Positions 24,939 through 35,117 of a stretch of 64,000 nucleotides of DNA are shown here, piece after piece. The first letter of the stretch is position 1. The number at the start of each line of letters is the position of its first letter. Both the position numbers and the translations under genes were made by a program. Source of the stretch: Octopus sinensis (Eukaryota); NCBI RefSeq assembly GCF_006345805.1, contig NC_042999.1, positions 111,166,001 through 111,230,000 on the forward strand. Reading direction: 5' to 3'. The notes beneath the pieces are model-generated. The model made no database searches. It was given only the letters and a program-made list of their open reading frames with translations, and was not told the DNA's origin.

Positions 24939-25760
24939 ATCTTCTATATAAATGAAACTATATCTTTTAATTTACTGCTTTTCTTTACAGGAAATGAGAA
25001 GATACATTGCAGAACTGTTATTTTAACGAGTTATATCTATTTATCGCCTGAACAAACACATCTGCCCCGTTGAATGCTCTTGAACCAGTAATTAGGTATC
25101 CCACACATGAGGGATCGTTGCTGCATGTGTCGAAACAATTGTAGTGATTAATAAAAATTCTCGTCACTTCCATCTTACGGCTCTCAATTACCACATATAT
25201 ACACACCAACACGCGCGTGCATAGTACTAAACCGCTGCCTACTTTAATTATTTGTATACACATTAATGATTCGCTAAATCACCCATAGATTTCTATGCTG
25301 TAGGCATATATACTAACGGTAGTCTTGTCCGGAATCTGACCAGTCGTGCCGACCCTACTGAAGAGCCTCCGGTGTTAATACTGAAACCGTCCGGTAGTAT
25401 AGGGATACCTCGACTGTGGCTTACAGTTGTTTACGGTCGCTGTCAGTATGTATACAATTATACGCGTTGACTGCAGCATCAGAGCGCTTTAGCTCTTATT
25501 TCTAGTTGTGTAGGTGTTCTAACATCCTCTGTCATATTCCATGACAATTATAGTTTTCCCTGAAACATTGCTAAGTCGTTGCCTATTTTAATTACACACA
25601 CACACACAAATACACACACATATACATATATATGTGTGTATTTATATATATGTATATATATATATTAGTATTATATGAATATATGCTATATATATGCGTG
25701 TGTGTGTATTTATACATATGTATATAGGCCTATATATATATATTATCATTATTATATAAA

Positions 25761-25798
<38 letters not shown>

Positions 25799-25939
25799 TA
25801 GATATGTTATATATACATTTATACATATACATATAAATAAATATACATACATACATACATACATACATACATACATACATACATACATACATGCATACAT
25901 ACATACAAACGTACGTACATACGTTTGTATGTATATATA

Positions 25940-26141
25940 CAGGGTTGCTGAAAAGTTCCTGACTTTGGGTGAAAGCAAATAGAAGAGTATCAGTTAATTA
26001 TGATTTTATTCAACATAATCCCCTCTTAGATTTACGCACTTATTGCAGCAGTCCTTCAGTTACTCTAAGCCCTCGGAAGGTTGGGGCTCGAACCAGGCTT
26101 TTCGCGACACCCTTAAAGCCAGGAACTTTTCAACAACTCCC
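25940..26141. mobile_element. Tc1/mariner-type MITE
   Basis: TIR GTTGCTGAAAAGTTCCTGACTTT vs reverse complement GTTGTTGAAAAGTTCCTGGCTTT (21/23); flanked by TA at 25938-25939 and 26142-26143. Confidence 0.75.
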
Positions 26142-26241
26142 TATTTTCAACTCTATAACCAGTTTCAGCTCGGATGCTACGGTCAAATATACATAATATA
26201 TTGGGATTTACTATATGTGTGTGCGCGTGTGTATATGTATG

Positions 26242-26275
<34 letters not shown>

Positions 26276-26362
26276 TGTATGTATGTATGTATGTATGTAT
26301 GTATGTATGTATGTATATGTGTGTGTGGTGTGTGGGTGTGTGTGTGTGTGTGTATATATATA

Positions 26363-26427
<65 letters not shown>

Positions 26428-26673
26428 ATATATGTATGTGTGTATGTATGTATATATGTGTATATGAATGTATAGCCGTAAACAATAGAAAACAAATGAA
26501 ACATTTTCTCTTGTATATTAAAATTTCACCTAAAATACGTTCTGAGATCTATTTTCGAATTTCGATTTCTTTTTCTTTTTTGCTACAGCTCCAACCACAC
26601 ACCGCACTATCACCACACTGCCACACACACACATACACATGTATGTGTGTGTGTGTGTGTGTGTGCGTGTGTG

Positions 26674-26717
<44 letters not shown>

Positions 26718-27178
26718 GTGTGTGTGTGTGTGTGTAAGAAGAAGAGTGTGCGAGAGAGCTCCATAATTAGATCAACAGAAAATTGGTGTTTCACCTTTCA
26801 ACTCTACCCTATAGCAAATGTCGCAAAAAAGGTGTTTGATTAAAACCTTTATAAATGGAAATAGCGTAGTGCGAAATTTGGTTTTCATATATATACTTAT
26901 GCATGCAGGCGTGCAAACGCACACATGGACGCATTCACGTGGTCACTGATTCTTACACACTACAATCAAACATAGATTTACGCACACAAATGCATATATT
27001 CAAAGATACATTCACACACACATACATACACACATACATACATACATACATACATACATACTTACAAATACACATATATAATAATATAGATACATACATA
27101 TATATATACACACACATATAATACCTGTATACCTACATTTATATAGGTGCGTGCGTACTTACATACGTAGATAGATTC

Positions 27179-27210
<32 letters not shown>

Positions 27211-27325
27211 ACATATGAGGTGTGTTTAGACACACACGTATACACACATATATAATACCTATATATCTATGTACATAATTACTTAGGTGTGTTCGTACCT
27301 ACATACATAGACAGATAGGTAGATG

Positions 27326-27418
<93 letters not shown>

Positions 27419-28494
27419 GTAGGTAGATAGATAGATAGATAGATATATAGATAGATACATGGTTGCGACACGATTTTGAGTAATGCCATCACTTGATTGT
27501 TCTCTTAAACTTGAATTGCATAGCACGAATTTAAGTTTTCCAGTCATGCTATTGGCCTACACTTTTTGTACAGATACGACAATGATGGGCGTCTCTTGCA
27601 GCAGGTGCTCAGAGAGCTAACCACCCAAACTGACATATGCCTTCATTCCATCATGGAATTTTTCACTGAGTTATTTGCCCTTCTTGTCTATGACCAGCCG
27701 TAATATGTTATACATAATAGAGATGCGAAGAGACATGTTAAGAATCAAGCGTTGCCTGTGTTGCAATCTTCTTAAAGTGTAGAAATCCCATGCACTGGTC
27801 TAATCTTACTCTCAAAACGAAGTATGCATTTTCCCCAAAAGAAAAACTAGTCTTCGTTATTGGACGCAAGACAAGTTGCGGGTGATATTTCAGAGTTTTC
27901 TTTTCTACAAAGAGATGTATGAACAATGACTAAGTTTTTCTCACTCACGGTTAATTGATGGTCTTTGAATCTACACAGTTGATCCACCATTCGATAGGTT
28001 TCGTTTTGCACCCTGCAGAGTGTCCAACGATAACTGTACTCCTTACCAACTTGGTAAAGATGTTGGTTTTAGTCACCACTGGTCTGTCTTATGCGACTGG
28101 TTGTACTAGGTTACACGTTATCAGTAGCACTAGGACTGGCATGACAGGATAAATATACACAGACACACACATAAGCGCACGTGCGCACACATCCAGGCAC
28201 GCACACATAAACACACACAAACACAAACGCATACACACACTGCATACACACACATAACCATTTAAAAAAATTTAAAGTTTATTTTAATTTCAAACTTTAA
28301 ATTTTTTTCTGTTTTAAATTCTTAAATATTATTTTTAATTCATCTCCCGCACACTTTCACACATCCTTTATACATAACCTGCATCTTTCACATGCTACAT
28401 GCAAATCTATCGCACACCCACACACACTTTCCATATCCTAGCATATACAAAACTTTTTCACCACAACGACACACTTATACATACTCACACGTAC

Positions 28495-29632
28495 GGAGCA
28501 GGAGTGGCTGTGTGGTAAGTAGCTTGCTTACTTCCGGTTACCCAGAATGCAACACTAGTTGGTCTGGACTGTTACAGTGACAAGATGTGAGTTTTTTTGG
28601 GCTTCAGCCTCCTCTACTAAAAAAGGATTAAAAAGGAAGAAGGCGGGCAACAATAGTTGCCCGCCGAAGGAACCTAAGGCTTCGGGAGGCGGGGGAGAGT
28701 CTCCAGACAAGGCGGAAGAGCTCCACTCTCCCGTAGCCAGGAAGAAAAGATAAAAAAAGAAGGAAGAAGAACGGGTCATCTCAGTGGGGAGATGATGTGC
28801 CGTCTGCATGTCCCGAAGTTGTGCCACCCACGGTGGAAGAAACCGCCCCCACCCTTAAAGATGATCACTTAATTATCTTTTTCTATAAGGGCGGGAAGAT
28901 GGAAAAAATAGTAGAACATAAAGAGACAGTAGATATGCCCTTCACACGGGATCCCGAATGGCCTCCGCAGATAGCTGTAGAGGTCATAAGGTTTCCCTTG
29001 TGGGAAAGGCTTAAAGGATTTGGGGAGGAGTGTCGCATATGGCCGGGTGGCCCTTACACGACTTACATGTCCTACATGAGTGAGGCATGGGAAATGGCGG
29101 GATACAGGAACTCAAGCGGCATTGAAGATAATGATGAATATATCGATTGATATATCGAAGAGTAGGAGGTGAAAACCCCTCGTCATAGGGTTTGAAACCT
29201 CATCTTATTGTATTTTTTGTAGTGGTTTATAACCTCAATTGTGTGTTTAAAACAAAATATGTTCAGTAAGAGATTTTAGTGCCTCCATCTTGTAAGAGGT
29301 TTGAAACCTCATATTGATTTTTTTAAAAAAGAAAATATGTTTTCGAGAAAAATCCAATCGGCGGGTGTTCGGTTTCGCCTCTCATTTCTTCATTCTATTT
29401 CAGTTTCATTCATTAATGTGTTTGTCCAGCCCGCAAAGCTACACACTCTTTGCATTGTCTATGATGACAAATTTTATGAAATAAAGTAGCTTGCTTACCA
29501 ACCACATGGTCCCGGGTTCAGTCCCACCGCGTGGCACCTTGGGCAAGTGTCTTCTACTATAGCCTCGGGCCGACCAAAGCCTTGTGAGTGGATTTGGTAG
29601 ACGCAAACTGAAAGAAACCTGTCGTATATATG

Positions 29633-29685
<53 letters not shown>

Positions 29686-29890
29686 ATGTGTTTGTGTTTG
29701 TCCCCCAACATCGCTTGAGAACCGATGCTGGTGTGTTTACGTCCCCGTAACTTAGCGGTTCGGCTAAAGAGACCGATAGGATAAGTACTAGGCTTACAAA
29801 GAATAAGTCCAGGGGTTGATTTGCTCGACTGAAGGCGGTGCTCCAGCATGGCCCCAGTCAAATGACTGAAACAAGTAAAAGAGTAAAAGA
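28495..29890 (+). mobile_element. SINE family A interrupted in its tRNA head by a 952-bp insertion
   Basis: Head 28495-28531, remainder 29484-29890. AAGTAGCTTGCTTAC occurs at both 28517-28531 and 29484-29498. Confidence 0.9.
28532..29483 (+). mobile_element. Unclassified 952-bp insertion with 15-bp TSD and a disrupted orphan ORF
   Basis: Perfect 15-bp TSD; GC-richer than the flanks. ORF pieces 28559-28753 and 28797-29150 can be joined across one stop and one G-run frameshift. Ends at AATAAA overlapping the TSD. Confidence 0.8.
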
Positions 29891-29954
29891 GAGTATACAT
29901 ACATGCATAAATAAATACATACATACATAAATACATACATACATACATACATAA

Positions 29955-29985
<31 letters not shown>

Positions 29986-30348
29986 CATATACACACGTAC
30001 GCACGCACTCACACGTCTACACTCATACATACATACACAGCGACACTACACACACGTCAACTCGACCACTAAATCTACTGCAACTAACGTGATCTCGTCA
30101 CTCTCTCACACATACATCACTTTCATAAACACAAATACGCATGTACACACATACACACACTGGCCATTTCCGCACTTTCCTGCTTTGAAAAACCATTTAT
30201 TTTGTAGTTGTGTAACGACACACGTGCTTTCTCTGACTACTTCTTCCTTGTCTTCGGACTTTTTCCTCTTTCCTCTTTATGACGAAGAGTTATGCTCGAA
30301 GCGTCACACGCCCTCTTTTTCTATCCCACACTTTCTTTGAGTGCCAAA

Positions 30349-30382
<34 letters not shown>

Positions 30383-30384
<2 letters not shown>

Positions 30385-30877
30385 TCTTTACTCTCTCTTT
30401 TACTTGTTTCAGTCATCTGACTGTGGTCATGCTGGAGCACCGCTTTTAGTCGAGCAAATCGACCCCAGCACTTATTCTTTGTAAGCCTAGTTCTTATTCT
30501 ATCGGTCTCTTTTGCCGAACCGCTAAGTTACGGGGACGTAAACACACCAGCATCGGTTGTCAAGCGATGATGAGGAGGGGGACAAACACAGACACACACA
30601 GACACACACACACATATATATATATATATAATTAACACAAAAATGAAAACACAAAGAGAAAACACAACAACGCGAGGACGTGGAACAAATATAGTATTAT
30701 TGGACGTCCAGGAAGGTAGAGAAGAAGGATGGTTTAACATTTCGAGCGGAGCTCTTCGTCAGAAACGTAGGAAAAGGAAAGATCCAGAGAAGGGAAGACG
30801 GAGGAAAACAAATCGCCAACGGTACACACGCGGTCACAGGGCTTCTTTCAGTTATGTCTACCAAATCCACTCACAAG
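30383..30877 (-). mobile_element. SINE family A (5'-truncated) with a Penelope-like fragment inserted in its microsatellite (~30632-30837)
   Basis: Tail and body at 30383-30630; SINE resumes GGGCTTCTTTCAGTT at 30838 and ends ~30877. Confidence 0.75.
30732..30766 (-). ncRNA. Minimal type I hammerhead motif of Penelope-like type
   Basis: Minus strand: GUUU CUGACGA AGAGC-UCC-GCUC GAAAU GUU AAAC. Intact core, loop-less stem III, 4-bp stem I. Confidence 0.6.
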
Positions 30878-31016
30878 ATGCTACACATAATTAAACAGCC
30901 GAAATCCGTGATGAGGAATCAGTTTCTGACTGAAGAACGAAGGCTTTGAATGACCCGTTTGTCTTTTTGTTCGTCCCTTCGTGTATTTCACGTTATTTAT
31001 TTATGTAAAGGTTTAT

Positions 31017-31094
<78 letters not shown>

Positions 31095-32399
31095 GTAGAT
31101 ATATATGCAAATACCTCTGTAACTATGAGCGTGTGTAAGTCTATACATGTTCGGCAACTTGATGTAAAGGCATAGTAATCCGAAATTATTATTACGACTG
31201 TGTGTGAATATGTGGATATGTGACAGTACCTGTGCATTCCTGTGCTCATGTGTTTGCGAGTCTGCGCGCGCAATATTTACGAAGCAATTAATTTGTAGTG
31301 GAACAACACTAATGACCTTTTAATTTTCTTTCTGATACTAGTGAGATTGGAGCGATTAATGTTTTGTTTTCAACTTCAATTCCGTATTCCCCATGTAGTA
31401 TGGAATTAGAGAGGGTGATTACAGATATTCGCTCGTTTTTACTTGTCTTAGTTATTGAAATGCAGCCATGCACGAACACCGCCTTGAAGTGATTAGTCGA
31501 CAGAAATAACGCAAGATTAAGTGCCATTTATGAAACTCTTCAGGTTTTAAATCACTTGTAATTTTCTACCGATCAAAGATATATTCATATGTTAACTTGT
31601 ATGTTTGCTACTCGTTCTACAAAACAAGGCATACGCACGCACACACACACACATACACACACATGCACACACACGCACACAATTATGTTTGCTCTTTTGT
31701 ATGTATTATGCCGGTACACTTGTATAAATTGGATCGACTCGAACTTGCAAAGTGGAATTATTTTATTTTTACCTTTATATCTGGGACGTAGGACGTCGCG
31801 GAAAAAAAATTAAAATGCACCCCCCCCACCCGAAGTAGAGGTAGGCTGGATTGTAGCCACACTTCTATACAAGAGGGAGGACAAGATACAATTGATCGAA
31901 ATTACAAGAGACGGGCTAACAATTCCAGTCTGTTATATATTTTGACTATTGTTATCACTAGCGATATAAAGATATAACTTTGTATTTTGTATTTTATGTG
32001 TAGATGTATATATATAGATGTACATGTAATATGTACACATATATATACACATATATACATGCACTAGCACTATGACCCGGCAACGACGGGTCTTTAATGC
32101 TAGTATATATATATGTAATCAAAATAAGCAACAGGATATCAAGTAGTGACGCAGTACGACCGTTTCAAGCGGCTCTATCTAATTGAACAATGCAATCATT
32201 ACATCAATTTAAGTGCAGTGCCACCTTCAGCTGCACAAAAATATAAATAGAATTTTAACCAGTAGGACACATTAATATCATTTTCCCGAAATATAGAATT
32301 TATGCGATACTTGGAAGTGTAGTCTATTCTTAGCTATAGTAGCGACAACATGAATTTCTTCCATCTTCTTGCTCTGTTAAAATATTTGAGAATATGCCA

Positions 32400-33920
32400 A
32401 TCAGTGTGCTTTCCACCTGCTCCAATATAACCCCTCCACCCCCAACATCTTCTTCAACCCACCCTCTCTTTCAAACGCCCCCATAACCTATATGACATTC
32501 TGGTTTGTAGCTTCTTCCCCACTCCTGATATCCAACTTAGTTTCTTCCCTTACTGCTTCTAGCTTCTTCCCTACGTCTCCAACACTACTGTTGTTACCAT
32601 CACCCACATCACCGATTCATTCCCCTGAATCACTGGCAATTTTTATCTACAGGATCCTCAGTAGATGAAATTAAGAGGATTTTCAAACTGTTCCAAAACT
32701 AATCAATAATCCCAATTTTTATCTACTGCTTCCCCTATACCTTTGTCAAACTGACCGGCTTGCCGAACATCTGCGGGTGATCAGACTCAGCAATGACACC
32801 CCGTTCTCACGCCACCTCCGCTCGACTGATCATTTTCTGCAACATCTGTGTTCGGACTGGCCTTTCACATTTGGCCATCCGGACTGCCGCCTTCGTCGAG
32901 AAAAGGCTCTTATTGTCTTTCTCCATTCCTCAGTCCCTAATGGTCTTTGTTCTTCACTTCCCTACATCTAACTACCGCCACACGTATTTCACACACCATA
33001 CACCTTCCACATTCACTGCACCGCCTCTTCTTCCTCACCTTCACACACCTTCTCTATGCCGTTATATTCATTACCCACACCGCTCACCATTATACCTCTG
33101 CACCATATAATTCACCTACACACTCCTTCACACTACACACACACTGTCACTTCCTTCCCCAATAGCCACGCACCCGCACCTCCCAACACCCACTTCCAGG
33201 TCGACCAACATACATACACACAAACACAATATACTCACACGTATCAATTTCATACATACACACTTTAACCAACGGCCTTATACATGCACGTATTAGCTGC
33301 TACACACATCCATACATACACACACATCTGATAGCCTCACATACTCACACACATATACATGCGTCCATACACACACGCACGCGCATATACACGCGTCTAT
33401 ACCCACACATATATACACACGAAGTACATACACGCACATCTCGCTACGCAGGCGCACCTACGTGTTTACACACACACGTACACACAATTGCATATACACT
33501 CGCAATTCCAAAGATACACATACGCACACTCACATATTCTTCATACTCACACCCGTGCTTGCACACGCACACCTACACATGCACTCGCCCATACACTCAT
33601 ATACACATGGATACATTATCTTCACATACACACTTTCTTGCGAACATACACTTTAGCCAGGTCACGTTTGACTCCCTGACCACCTTCATCTCCAGCCACT
33701 TCCTTCCGTTTATATGTAGCTGTTAATGTAGACACGTTTCTTTTCTCCCCCTTTCTTTTCTCTCTCTATCACTCCATCTATTTTCTCTCTTCATTCCTTT
33801 CTGTAGAAGAGCATAGGCGCGAAACGTTAAAGACTTCTTCCATTTTTCCTGAACGTCAAACTGATACACCCTCTTTGCTGTTCCCTCACCCGTCGCTATT
33901 TCGTTACTTTTTTTTTTAAT
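32400..33920 (+). mobile_element. Penelope-like element 3' remnant: GIY-YIG endonuclease end, CA-rich UTR and terminal hammerhead region
   Basis: LYLCQTDRLAEHLRVIRLSNDTPFSRHLRSTDH..CRLRREKALIVFLHSSVPNGL (cf. YIGQT..RxxEH..HF..E..I..L....P.GLN), stop at 32969-32971. Hammerhead-like motif at 33797-33832. 5' limit approximate. Confidence 0.75.
33797..33832 (+). ncRNA. Degenerate minimal hammerhead motif
   Basis: CUUU CUGUAGA AGAGC-AUAG-GCGC GAAAC GUU AAAG; core variant plus one stem II mismatch. Confidence 0.5.
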
Positions 33921-34940
33921 AATGAACCGTGTACTTATATATTGCATACATACACGCACATAGTTCAAACACATACTTTAAAATGATGTGTAACATCTCA
34001 TTTGAGAATCTATCGACTCAATCCCCTAATTATCGTATATAGTTCAATGAAAATAAATCATTTCGTAGAAAATAAAATAAAATTCTATAGAATAATAAAA
34101 TATAAGTACACACAAAGAATAAATATATTCAAATACTTTATTTTACTTATACCATACTCTTGATCAAACAAAATCGTTTGTATTTTGTGTAATTTTTCTC
34201 GTCAATTCTGCTAAATTCATTTCAGTTTTACATTAGATATATTTAATTTTCTGTTTATTTTTCTGATGTTGCGTTTATTCAAGCATATATTTGACGAAGG
34301 AGAAGTGGATTCTTTTTAGTGATAATCATATTTATTAGATTACAAACGAAGCATAATAGAGAATTTAGTAACTGATACATTTATTTTAATTTGATGGAAA
34401 TAAATCACCTTCAATTATTGATAAGGAAATAACACTTACACCCGTCTGAAACTGTAGACTTAAAGCAATATTTCGGTTTAAATGAATTAAAGCGAATTAT
34501 TAAGAATATACACAGTTGGTTTTTTTTTTCATCTTCTTATTCGGCATATTTATTTATTAGTTTTTGGTTTTCTAACAAACAATAAGTTGATTGATAATTC
34601 AGTTAAAACTAATCTAACAGAATGAATAGATATCTTTAATCTTGACTCTTCAGCTTGACTCGAAGAGAGTGGAGTGTGGTGAGAGAAGTGGGAGAATAAG
34701 TTGGAAAGAAAAAAGAACAATAGCCAAAAAAAAAAATAGTAAATAGAAGGAAAATCCTTTGACATTGGCAAATTAAATCATTTGTTTAAACTGTGTGTAT
34801 AACAACAAGATTAGTTTTATTAAGCTGTCAAAAATGAATTAAACGTACTTGCCTTTGAAATATGCTCTTTTCCGTGTAATCTTACGAAACTACATATGTG
34901 TGTTTGCGCGCGTGTGTATCTGTATAGGTATGTATCTATC

Positions 34941-35005
<65 letters not shown>

Positions 35006-35074
35006 CGTGCATGTGTATGCGTGTGTGTGTGTGTGTAAGTGTGTGTAAATATGTGTGTGTGTTCGTGTGTGTAT

Positions 35075-35117
<43 letters not shown>

